Shown: piece by piece, positions 23,911-36,513 of the stretch
Layout of the letters: each line of letters starts with the position of its first letter
Position numbering within the stretch: the stretch's first letter is position 1
Origin: Eledone cirrhosa
Lineage: Eukaryota
Assembly (NCBI GenBank): GCA_964016885.1
Contig: OZ024740.1
Location: 372,806,001 to 372,870,000, forward strand
Direction of reading: 5' to 3'
Length of the DNA stretch: 64,000 nt
Position numbers and translations under genes: made by a program
Notes under the pieces: model-generated
What the model saw: only the letters and a program-made list of their open reading frames with translations
The model's database searches: none
Told to the model about the DNA's origin: nothing

Positions 23911-26900
23911 ATGACCTCACTCAGAATAGGCAGCATAAATGCGCGTGGCTTGGGGTCGTCATGGAAGCAGGGTCACCTGCTCAACGACCTCAGGTCACTA
24001 AACATAGATGTAGTGGCCATCAGCGAGACCAGAATCTCCGAAGCACGGGCCTTCGCACCGATCTTTGGCGGCTACGATGTGTACGCATCTCCCAGCCGTC
24101 CTGGATCGGGGGAGGAGTTGCTGTGCTTTTTTCGGAGAGGTTTGGATCTCGCCATACGGGCCATCTTCCTGGACCCAGAGGGTAAGCTGGTGGTGCTGGA
24201 CGTGACCAGCGGAGACGGGCAAGCTTTCAGGCTAGTGGCCGTCTATGCCCCGACAGGAGCAGGGCGGCCTGATTTCTTCCGGCGTCTGGAGACCTTTCTT
24301 GGAACGTACGCTCTTTAGTGTTAGTGGGCGACTGGAACGGGATCTTAGATGCACGCTGGGACTGTGTGGGATTAGCGGATAGGGGTGGAGAGTGCAAGAG
24401 CCTCACCAACCTGCTCAGGCATTTTGAACTGTCTGACAGGTACCGATTGGATTTCCCGAATGTGCCAATGTGGACTTGGACAAATCGCATAGGGTCATCC
24501 AGATCATATCTAGATAGAGTATTTTGTACGGAAATAGATAGGTCTAGCATAGGCTGTCCACAATTCAAGATAGTCAGCTACACGGACCACAAATTCGTGA
24601 TCTGTGTGCTTGACTTAGATAGGATTCATAGACGAGGACCCGGCTACTGGAAGCTAAACGCGTCCTTACCAGCGCGCAAGGCCTACAGAGACCGGATTAG
24701 CGAACTAGTTAAGCGGGCGTTGACGGGGGTCATCGTCAACAACAAGTGGTGGTTTGCTCTGAAAAGAGCGATTAGAATAGAATCCATTAGGTTTAGTAAG
24801 GCTTTAGCAATAGAGAAAAATAGAGCAGAGGGAGAACTAGTTAGAATGTTTGACGAGGCGCTTAGCAAAGGCATTGCGACCGATGTGCTTGCGGCGAAAT
24901 TGGCCCTTGACCAATTCTTCAATGCAAAGCACGAAGGCTGCGTTGTCAGAGCAAGGGTGCGTGCTCTCAGACACGAGGGGACGAAAGCCGTTCAATGGGC
25001 CCGAGTGGCGGAGGCGCGTCGTGGCAACAAAGCCACGATCCGGTCTTTGGTGGACCACGACGGGCGCATGCTACTCGATCCCGGGCAAATGTATGAAGCT
25101 TTTCAGCGACACATCGCTCAGCGGTGGGCCGGGTCGAGGGATGGACTTTAGTGTCTACATCGACGGACTGCCGCGGCTCTCGGCCACTGAGGCGAAGTGT
25201 TGAGAAAAACCGATAACAGCCGCTGAAGTAAGGGAGGCAATGACTGGCTGCACAAGGGGTAAATCGCCTGGTTTGGATGGTCTGCCCTATGAACTTTACG
25301 TACAGATGCCAGACTTGTTCGGAGGCCTCTTGGCGGACGTCTACTGCAACTGGCAACAGAACGGGAGAATTCACAGTTCTGTGAGCCGAGGAGCGGTGGC
25401 ACTGCTGAGAAAGGATCCGAACAAGGGGGATAACATAGATAATTTCCGGCCCATAACTCTGCTAAACACAGAGTTCAAGATTTTGGCCAAGGTGCTAGCA
25501 AAGAGGTTGGCGCTTGTCGTTGGTGGTCTGGTGGGAGAGGCGCAGACATGCGCCATTCCCGACAGATCCATCCACGACAGCCTCCACCTCATGCGATACA
25601 TCGTAGAGAGGGTAGCTAGGGAACCTGGCACGGGTGGGTCCTTGATCAATTTAGATCAGTCGAAAGCTTTCGATAGGGTCGACCATCGTTACCTAGCGGC
25701 AGTCCTGAGGGCGGCTGGCTTTGGTCCCGTCTTCAGAGGCTGGATCGCTGCCATGCACAGCGACATCTGCTCTGTGGTGAGAGTGAACGGTCACCTGTCG
25801 GAACGGTTCAACATCATGCACTCGGTCCGCCAAGGATGTCCCCTCTCGTCCCTCTTGTACGTATTGACTCTCGAGCCATTACTGCACAAACTGGAGACGT
25901 TGAGGGGCGTCCCGCGCGAACTAGGATGCGGAAGATCCGTGTCAGCACAATCGGACACCGTAGTGGTGTCGAACGCCAAACACATCGAGGCGATCGGCAC
26001 TACACTAAGAGAATACGAAGCGGTGACAGGAGCAATGATCAACCGGAAAAGTCAGTGGGCCTGCAGCTCGGCACCTGGAGAGGCAGGTCCATGCCGTCCA
26101 ACAGCGTCGTCGGACGCTGGACGGACGGACCGGTTAAATTGCTAGGGGTCTGGTTCGGTCCGGACCTCCAGACGGACAAAAACTGGGACGAAGGGACGCG
26201 CTCCGATGGTCAGGCGGTCCATCTGTTGTCAACACCCGCTACGTGGAGGGCTGGGCATGCCGTGGCTGATGATGCGCAGGCACGCGCTCAGGCTACGACA
26301 TCTCCACCTCTTCGTCGACGGTGATCAGGTGTGGTCGCCGTTTGCTAGACGCGTATTTCCCCAGCTAGTTTCCTTGACGGAGCTGCAGTCCTGGGTCAAG
26401 CGAAGACCGAGAGGGAGCGCCTGGAGACTGGAATGTCTTCAGGCGCTCACAGCCCTCGACCAATCGGGCAATGTGATCGGTGGAAACTCCACCTCGGCGT
26501 TCTATAGAGGATTAGTGAAGGGGAAGAGCGACGACGTACTTGCGGAAACTCTAGGCGTCGACGAAAATCAACTAGCCAATCTCTTCGGAAGAACTTTCGG
26601 GCCAGGGCCTATGGACAACTTCCAGAAATCTCTGTCCTGGCAGTGCTACCGAGGAGCCTTGCCAGTTCGGGATAAACTCTACAGGCATGGAGGAGCCGTC
26701 AGCCGGGCATATCCGAGATGCGCGCAGGGCGACGAACCGTCCTACACGCACTCGTCCAGTGTCCGAAAATTGCTGACTTGTGGGTTTATGTCGAACACCT
26801 GCTGTCGCGTTTAGGACGGATCCGGCTATCATCTGAGTCCATCGTGAGAATTGCCCCGCCCTCCTCCTTTAGCCGGGAAGGGCAGGCAGTTTTTATCTGC

Positions 26901-27125
26901 CTGGTGGCCATGGCGAAAGAGATAGTATGGTGGACACGTTTGAAAGGGCTGAAGACGAGCACTTATCTCTTCGGTGTTGCTCTGATTGACTTTTTCAAAT
27001 TTCATTTGAAAAGGAAAATCAGAGTAGAGAGGGAAGTGCTCTCTTCCCAGCATTTTGTTGAAAGATGGGTGAGAGAAGCAAGAATGGCCCGAGTGAATGG
27101 GCCTACTCTGAGTATATATCTGTAA
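23911..27125 (+). pseudogene. Tx1 copy 2 ORF2 (APE-RT-zinc finger), frameshifted, with an internal deletion near 26190
   Basis: ORFs 23911, 24318, 25240, 25836, 26206 and 26718. The segment equivalent to ~19438-19619 of copy 1 is missing between GGGACG repeats. Confidence 0.9.
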
Positions 27126-27808
27126 ATTAAAGGTGGAAAACTGGGAGAGGGCACTTGCCTTGGTGGTCAGGGTCATTGTGGCTTTTTACTGGGCTTTCTC
27201 CACAAATGTCCCTCCGAAGTCTCCCCCCTATTGGGGAATTTTTCATTGTTATTTTTTGTTACATCCTCTGTTTTTGTTTTTTACACGCAGAAATGCCCAT
27301 TTGTACCGTCCTGCATTGTCCTGCACTGTCCTTAATGTCTACTTTATGTAAACCCTTGTTGTTAATAAAGAAATCATTATTATTATTCCTTACATTAAAT
27401 TATAATAACACTTCTTATACATCACATATACTGAAACTATGTTGACTTTCTTTAAATAACGTCTTCCTTGTGAAATTTGTGGTCTTGTTTTTGCTTAACT
27501 AATGAATAATTCCAGCTCTGTGCATCTAATCTCTGCATGAACCCAGCCATCTAGCTGCCTTCCACTACTTATTGCACATAGAGCACATGCCTTTATGCTT
27601 TTGGCTTCTAATAAATTCACCAATCTCTCTTCTCGTCGCCTATATCCATCTCTCCCTTTAAGATTGGTTTACTCTTGAACTGTGTATATATATATTTAAT
27701 ATAGAAAAGCTTCTACAAGACTAGAACTGTTTCACTCGTGACACCTTGTTACTGTAGTTACCCACCACTGAACCAGGGATATCTTATATATATATATATA
27801 TATATATA

Positions 27809-28762
27809 CTACAGCAATACCCTGCGTTGCCTGGGTAGGGAAATAATATCTGCTTTGATGAAAAGGTGTTGATCTTAGCGACTGCTTCCCGATGACTTAC
27901 CTATGACCACACACAGGCCATGCGGAGGAGCTGTCGTTTTACCTTTGACCATCTATAAGAAGTGCAATGAGATGTTCTATCGTAGTATAAAAGTAGAACC
28001 AAATAAAGTGATTTATTTGTGAGGTGGAGCCTAAGTTTCGAATTTGAACGAAATCGGTTGAAAAATGTGGGAGCTAATGATAGGTCGCCGTGCCTGAACA
28101 AAAAATACAAAGTGTAAAGCTGCTATAAGATGTGCAATGGTAGGTTCTATCGTAGTATAAAAGTTGAACCAAATAAATTGATTTATGTGTGCGGTGGGGC
28201 GGAAGTTTTGAATTTGACGAAATCGGTTGAAAAATGTGGGAGCTAATGATAGGTTCTATCGTAATATAAAAGTTGAACCAAATAAATTGCTTTATGTGTA
28301 AGGTGGAGCCGAAGTTTAGAATTTGAAAGAAATCGCTTGAAAAATGTGGGAGCTAGAGCCGAAAAGGCGGAAATTTGAGCGAAAAGGTGGCATTTTGGAA
28401 TATTTAAGCTCCTGAGACGCCGTTACTGGACGAGAAATCCAAAATGTAAAGCCATTGCAAGATGTGCAATGACAAATTCTATTTCGCCTTAAAATTTGAA
28501 CGAAATCCGTAGCAAAATGTGGGAGCTAAATCCCAGAAACTTATTTTTCGATACCTTAAGAAAGTGACCCCCACCCTATCGATTTTTAACTGCAGAATGA
28601 CTCCTGAATAAAAGAAACGATGCCCCGATATATGGGAAACACTCCGCGATGATTAATCTATGAGCCTGTAAAGTTTCATGATAATCGGTCGTAAGATGTA
28701 GGCCCTATAGGTAATACACAGACTCACAGACACACGCATACTTAATTTTATATATATACAGA
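27809..28762 (-). mobile_element. Non-autonomous Helitron-like element with internal tandem repeats
   Basis: On the minus strand it starts A|TC (28762) and ends with hairpin ACCCAGGCAACGCAGGGT then GTAG|T (CTAG-like). About 3.5 internal repeats (GTTCTATCGTAGTATAAAAG...AAAAATGTGGGAGCTA) at ~27950-28530. Confidence 0.65.
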
Positions 28763-28769
28763 TATTCAT

Positions 28770-29620
<851 letters not shown>

Positions 29621-30554
29621 TATTGGTAAACGGAATAGAAAATGCTGACAAATTGTTCACAGTTGAAAAATGGTTTAATTAGGAATAAAAGAGTATTAGT
29701 GATTGTATGGGTTAGTATTCAGTTGTAGCTTTAAGTTTTTAAGTTTTTACCGGTTGCGCATTTCTAAATGCTTTTCAAAAAGTGTAATCGACTTTTCAAA
29801 CGGATTACACCTCCAATAACCCGTTCATAAAAATAGGAAAACCCATAACTAAACCGCACAACAACTTCTCAAACCCCCAAGCCTCTAACAAACGAAGAAG
29901 GAAGCACCACACCGAAGATGAACTTCCCAACCTCGCTACCATAAGAAGGAACTAAAACCCAAGAAATCATCTCCCCCAGAATGACATTTACAAATTTCCC
30001 CCTTCAAGGAGACACCATACCAAATCACTCAACTACTACGCGGATGCCTCATCGTCAAACATAAGGAAAACATACCACTGCCATGATAGATGTAACAACT
30101 TCCCCGCTTCAAGGGAACAGCAAGGTAATTACCATTTTCTCAACTCTCGCTCCCACAATACACAATAAACCCATACCACACGATACAACCAACAACGTAG
30201 GCCACTTATAACACCACAATACAACATGGCAGATAGAAACACACACACATACTCGCAGTACAGGAACACCCCATTCAATCTACAACCACCAACCCGAACC
30301 ACATTTTACAACAACAAGGAATATAACAAACACAGGAGACCACTTAACATCAGCAAACAACCCCTCTACCCCAACCATTTTTTAGACACAGCACACAGAT
30401 ACAGGCAAACAAAATAACACAAGACAGGGAGGAGAAACCGATAGTAATAAACATTATCAATCTTACTAGTGCAGAACCAACACCCAACCTTATCAACTTA
30501 CTCTCCAAAGGTCTTAAATTCACACCGACCCCACTACGTCCTAACTACTATGAA

Positions 30555-32689
30555 ATGAAGGAAGACATCACAGACTTCTGTAGAAAGTTACGACTTAGTG
30601 AACAACTATTCGACCAGTACAATGAGGATGAATCATTAGCCAGAAATAGAAGCAATTACACCCCTTCAAAAGGTAGAAATAAAATCCTGGACGAATTCTG
30701 TGAACACATCACGAACTTCCCTTACCAACACTTGCACAGACAAAAACACAAGCCAAACCTCAACAAGAAAGAATGGGAAGAATTAAATAGATTACAAACC
30801 GACATAACCATTACAATTAAAGAGGCTGATAAAGGGAGTACAGTAGTCCTAATGGAGACAGAATTCTATATCAACTTAGCGCTCTCCACTTTGGAAAACG
30901 AAACATACTACGAAAAGGCTGAACACTATGAGAAAATTATGAGAAACCTAAAAACTCTAATCAACCAATACAAAGAAGGACTCACTAACAAGGAATTCAG
31001 CTTCATCACAGACTTCACAAGTAAATCCAGCCTCTTCTACGGTATCCCTAAAGTACATAAAAGCGAATCAATAAGTAAGGCATGCTAGGAAGCCACAGAC
31101 ATGGTCATCAATGTCCCCTCACCCAATGATCTCAAATTAAGACCTATAATAGCAGGCCCCGCTTGCGAAACGCACCGTCTTAGCAACTTCATTGATACCC
31201 TTCTGAAACCCTTCCTCAAACACATCAAAAGCTATATAAGGGACGACCTAGATATGCTCAATCACCTCCCTAATATGCCACTTTCTGAACAAACCCTACT
31301 AGTGACGTTCGATGTAGTCAACCTATACTCCAACATCCCACACAACCTAGGAATAGAAGCTATCCAATTCTGGCTGGATAATTTCCACAATGAACTCCCA
31401 CAACGCATCAAAAAAGAATTCGTGATAGAGGGACTCAAATTTATCTTGGAGAACAATTACTTCGTTTTCAATAACAAACCCTACAGGCAGAAATCTGGGA
31501 CCGCTATGGGAACGAAAACAGCCCCCACTTATGCCAACCTAGTCATGGGATACCTGGAAATCACCCTCTACACTAAAGTCCTAAACAAATTTGGAAAGAC
31601 CCTCCACTTACACATTGAAAGGAACTGGAAGCGATGTCTAGATGACTGCTTCATCCTTTGGCACGAAAACATCGAAAAACTTAAAGAATTTCACACCCTT
31701 ATAAATGGGCTCAACACGAATATTAACTTCACGATGGGATACAGCCATAAACAACTCCCCTTCCTCGACATCCTCATTAAGATCCATAACAAAAAAATAG
31801 AAGTAGACATATACTACAAGCCCACAGACTCCAAGCAATATCTCCCCTTCAACTCTTGCCACCCTAGACACGTTAAAATTAATATTCCCTACAACTTAGC
31901 CAAGAGAATCTGTACTATAGTCTCCAATAAAAACATCTGCTACTTACGGCTACAAGAACTAAAGGACACACTCATAGGCAGGGACTACCCTGCATCACTA
32001 ATTGACAATGGAATCCAACGTGTCCTAAAACTCAGTACCCAGGACCTTAGACACACTAAAGTAAATCAACCGAAACTAAAAGCTCTTCCATACATCTCCA
32101 CACACAACCCTCTCAACAATGAGTCCTTTGACACCATCCTCCAGAACATCTCTGTGTTGAAAAAGGACCATAGAATGAACCAAATTCTACGAACACACGA
32201 TATCATAAAGAGCAAAAGACAATCCAAGTCAATGAAAAACATCCTAACACATGCCAAAGTACTGCCAACCACAACAACGAAACCCACAGTAAAAAAATGC
32301 GATAGACCCAACTGTGGCATTTGCATCAACCTAATAGAGGGTTCGGAATTCTATTTCAAAGATGGACAACGTTTTATAGTAAAACACAATTTCACATGTG
32401 CATCGGAAAATCTAATATATGTATTAACTTGCTCAGGTTGTCGAGAACATTACATAGGCCAGACCAAAACAGCCCCTGCCAACGCATGACTGTCCATAGA
32501 TCCCAAATTAAAATACGGGAATACAGGAAAATACCACTGAGTGAACACATTGATACCTGTGCCGCCCCAAATCCTCCCAACTTCAGAATCTTTCCCCTCT
32601 ACAAATTTAAAGATAATGCCACCCAGCGCATCAGCAAGGAATCTTACTTCATTAACAAATACGGACCCCGTCTAAACACTTCTCCCTAA
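30555..32689 (+). pseudogene. Penelope RT + GIY-YIG ORF; in-frame TAG at 31086-31088 and a frameshift near 32470
   Basis: ORFs 30555-31088 and 31101-32489 are in the same frame; the endonuclease C-terminus continues in 32321-32689. Confidence 0.9.
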
Positions 32690-32807
32690 GACGAACCCAC
32701 AACATACACACGTTAACATACATACCTACATCAGTACACATCTCCACCCACATATAAACACAATGACATACGTAAACACACATGCTCTATGGTGCAACAC
32801 AGAAAAA

Positions 32808-32874
<67 letters not shown>

Positions 32875-33246
32875 GTATATATATATATAGTGAATATATG
32901 TATGTGTATATATATGTAGTGAATATCATTTCACACCTTTTATTGTTAAGATTTTTGATGTTTTATTAAGAGAACCGATTTTACTGAAAAAATCGAATAA
33001 TGTACACCATTTTACCAGGGGGAAAAAAATACTGGTCCACCGACACACACACACACACATATATACACACACACATACACACGCGTACATTAACATACAA
33101 AGAGACTTATACACACACACACACACACACGCGCACTTCTCCGTATAAGACAATAGCTGAAAAATATCTTTTGACATGCTAAAATACCCCCCATTGCTTT
33201 CAGACACATTCTTACTGACCATCCCTGCTACCACGAATTACTCTGC

Positions 33247-33307
<61 letters not shown>

Positions 33308-33424
33308 ATCTTAATAGCCATTTGACACACATCTCTGCTAACCATTATCACAACATCGAACACCTTACTACTACTACTACACACACACACACACACATAT
33401 TTGTTGTGAAAGAGTCATCTCTCA

Positions 33425-33671
33425 ATCTTGGCGCAAAACCAATTTTTTATTCACATGACCTCTACCGACCAATCAAAATTGTTTTGACCACAAGAATTTT
33501 TGCAAACACAAAATAGCGCTGGAGCCACTTTTTTAACATAAAAACAGTCTTGGCGCAAAATCAATTTTTTACATTCACATGACCTCTACCGACCAATCAA
33601 AATTGTTTTGACCACAAGAATTTTTGCAACACAAAAGTAACGCTGGAGCCCCTTTTTTAACATAAAAACAG
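33425..33671. repeat. Two-copy ~123-bp tandem duplication in the Penelope 3' region
   Basis: TCTTGGCGCAAAA.CAATTTTTT...GCTGGAGCC.CTTTTTTAACATAAAAACAG occurs twice. Confidence 0.85.
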
Positions 33672-33964
33672 GTAGAATTCCCAAAACTAATCAGATCAGA
33701 GCAAACAACACGGACACTCTATCTCAAAATTATTTTTGAAAAGCATTTAGAAATGCGCAACCGGTAAAAACTTAAAAACTTAAAACCACAACTGAATACT
33801 AACCCATACAATCACTAATACTCTTTTATTCCTAATTAAACCATTTTTCAACTGTGAACAATTTGTCAGCATTTTCTATTCCGTTTACCAATAAATAATA
33901 ACTTGTGTGTTACACCTCTATTCTTTTAACTATATATATATATATACATATATATACACATATA

Positions 33965-34576
33965 TATATACATATCAAAATGAAAATCCGAAGGCAAGGT
34001 AAAATTCCAATCATTTAATCACGACACATGTTTCAATAAGAGATAGATCGATTGTGAAGCCATGATCGATTATCACTGATCTCATCAAGTGAAAATGAAT
34101 TATCTTCAAATTCTTGATATGAGGGAGAAACATAACGATTTTCTCTCATAGAATTCATTCCCTCATATGAAGACACACCAGTCAGAGACACGGCGACTGC
34201 TATTAACTTCAGTTGAGGTCATAAAAGTTTTCAGATTTCTATCGCTGCAAAAGACGCTGGACATCAATCAAATCTGTAGGGATACAGTCAGTCACAGTTA
34301 ATGTGAGTGGGTACACACACATTCCACACCCACTCACACCGGCTCGAGGCCAAAGAAAAATATATACATATATATACACACATCAACACAGCATTAAACC
34401 TGTAGAGTTAGTGTGGGTGGGTACACACACACCGAAGCGATGTCCGAAAAAAAAATATATAAGAATGTACCAACACAGCACTCACCGAAAGTTAGTTCAC
34501 AAAACAACAGAAGCCCTATTTGTCAAATCTCAATTTGACGATGTAAATTGGAAATATTGGGTTAACCAACGCCCCC

Positions 34577-34649
<73 letters not shown>

Positions 34650-36199
34650 GCAAGTAAGTTCAGTTCAGTGTTCTGCTATACCTGTATAGTTGAATTGTAA
34701 CATCCATATCTTCAAGTCTATGTTATGGTATATACACATCCGAATCGTCCAATAAAAGGGGTATGTCCGGGTATATACACATCCATGTAAAGAGCAAGCA
34801 ATCAGCTCATTTCGAACTCAGTATGTACCGCTGTCCCATTGAGAATCGGAGTCACCAAATCTGTGCGTGCAAGCAACCGCAATGTAGGCCAGCAAAGGGC
34901 TCCGTGTAAGGTTGGGTATTGGGTAAATGCGTCCGTAAGTGCGATTTCCCGTCATATGGGCCAATGAGCTTTTAAGATGGTTGTTTGAGTGGTGGAGGTG
35001 TGATATCCAACACAGAAGGTGAAGTAAAAAAACACAGGATAGTAACATTCTAAGGATGTATGTAGGCCCATTAATGGTGTGTCAGTAGTATTGTTCAATC
35101 CGTAACAGTGAGTCGTCCATGGTTAGATGATGACGGATCAAAACCTAGTGTAGTGTTCAGTCGGTAGGAACGTAAAAGTCGTAATTTTGGGAGCTCAATG
35201 TCTAAAGGAAACGGGTACTGTGTGTAGAGTTATGTATAGAGAACGTAATCGGTCCTAACTAAGTGTGTAAAACGACTAGCTATATCCCAACTGAGAGAAC
35301 TCAATGGTTAGGGTATCTTAAAGTAAATGTAGCTGCGCGTAATCCCTCATGTCTGTGTGTGCAATCAATTACTAACTAGGTATACTATGTGTGTAATCAA
35401 TCTAACTATTTACTAGCTAGGTATTCTAAAAAAGTCCACTCAGCTGTGAGAACTCCGTGGAAACAGGCCAAGTATCGTGCGCAAACAATCTTAGCCGTCT
35501 AACTCCCTGAGAGTGTGACTGCCTGTTTATTGAGAGAACTCTATGGCTAAAGTAGAGAGGGAGGAGTTAGTGGTAGGTTACCTTCCAAAAATCCTGCGGA
35601 AGGTTTTCGAGGTTCTATGTTGGCAGTTGCTGAACAAATCTGCTTTCCTATTAATTAATAGGGGGCCGCCTCTAATAATATTAAAAGTTTCAGCTATACA
35701 TAAATTGCAGACACCAGTGCTGCCGTTATAAGGTTGGGCTGAGCAAACTATGGACCAGTATAAGGAGTGCTCTATATTCTGATGTTTAAGCTTCCAGACT
35801 AATTCAGAAAGCACCGTGCTATTTTTTTAATCTAATCTATTAAAGGTATGGCGGTGATTATACCATCTACCCTTAAATTCCATGGCAGTTTCCCCAACAT
35901 ACCTAAAGGTTCTATCAGGAGTGGAGACCTTACAGTCGTAGACTATGTTTTCAGTAAGGCATTTCCCAGCCATGGGTCAGTGGCGGTGCTTCTGCAGTTA
36001 CATTTTTTGCTATCGAGCTGGGTAGTTCCAGATGGACCACGGTAACTTTGGGGTCGGGTCTCAATTCCTGTCTGCTCTATGGGTAAATTCCCTGGGGTTG
36101 GGGAGACCCACCTCGCCTCAGGTGTATGAATCAGTTCCTCAATAGAGCTGCCATTGTTCCTGCCATGCCTAATTCCCTCATGGACTCTCCTAAGTCTAC

Positions 36200-36200
<1 letters not shown>
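33965..36200 (-). mobile_element. 5'-truncated Penelope-like element (Cys-rich linker, GIY-YIG, long 3' region, hammerhead)
   Basis: Minus ~36010-35578 reads KCNCRS..MAGKCLTENIVYDCKV..YVGET..FKGRWYNHRHTF..LSELVWKLK..CNLCIAE..CQH (with frameshift and stop). Hammerhead at 34011-34098. Confidence 0.8.
34011..34098 (-). ncRNA. Type I hammerhead-like motif, U3 core variant
   Basis: Minus strand: TCATTTTCAC TTGATGA GATCAG...CTTATT GAAA CATGTG TC GTGATTAAATGA. Confidence 0.65.
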
Positions 36201-36255
<55 letters not shown>

Positions 36256-36265
36256 CATACATATA

Positions 36266-36323
36266 GGCTTCCTGATGATTTCTACCGAATGAAATAATTA
36301 TAGTCCTGTAGACTGTAGAAGCC
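36266..36323 (+). ncRNA. Type I hammerhead ribozyme-like motif
   Basis: GGCTTC CTGATGA TTTC-TACC-GAAT GAAA TAATTATAGTCCTGTAGACTG TA GAAGCC. Perfect 6-bp stem I and a GUA site. Related fragment at ~27690-27740 (minus). Confidence 0.7.
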
Positions 36324-36403
36324 TTTCTATATTAAATATGTATACTCTGCTTTGTATTGAGTACCTTACTTACTATGGTTACCCCCAATTGGACCCGGGA
36401 TAA

Positions 36404-36513
<110 letters not shown>

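Larger units (their letters stand above)
21563..27375 (+). mobile_element. Full-length but inactivated Tx1/L1-clade LINE inserted in (TTA)n (copy 2)
   Basis: ORF1 21781-23875 with CFRCGSKTHPRAFC. ORF2 23911-27125 is near-identical to copy 1. AATAAA then (ATT)4. Confidence 0.92.
29621..33930 (+). mobile_element. Penelope-like retroelement (Neptune-like), near complete, with an inverted 5' copy of its 3' pseudo-LTR
   Basis: RT (LRPIIAG, FDVVNLYSNIPH, GTAMGTKTAPTYANL, WKRCLDD, LPFLD), CDRPNCGIC finger, and GIY-YIG (NLIYVLTC..HYIGQT). 29621-29781 is the reverse complement of 33733-33893. Confidence 0.93.

Noticed and set aside
14230-27387. Simple tandem duplication of a Dong+Tx1 unit
   Set aside because: The two Dong fragments and the two ORF1/5' UTR regions are strongly divergent.
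27950-28530. Repeat-spacer appearance resembling CRISPR
   Set aside because: Long degenerate tandem units inside a Helitron-like element in eukaryotic DNA; no unique spacers or cas genes.
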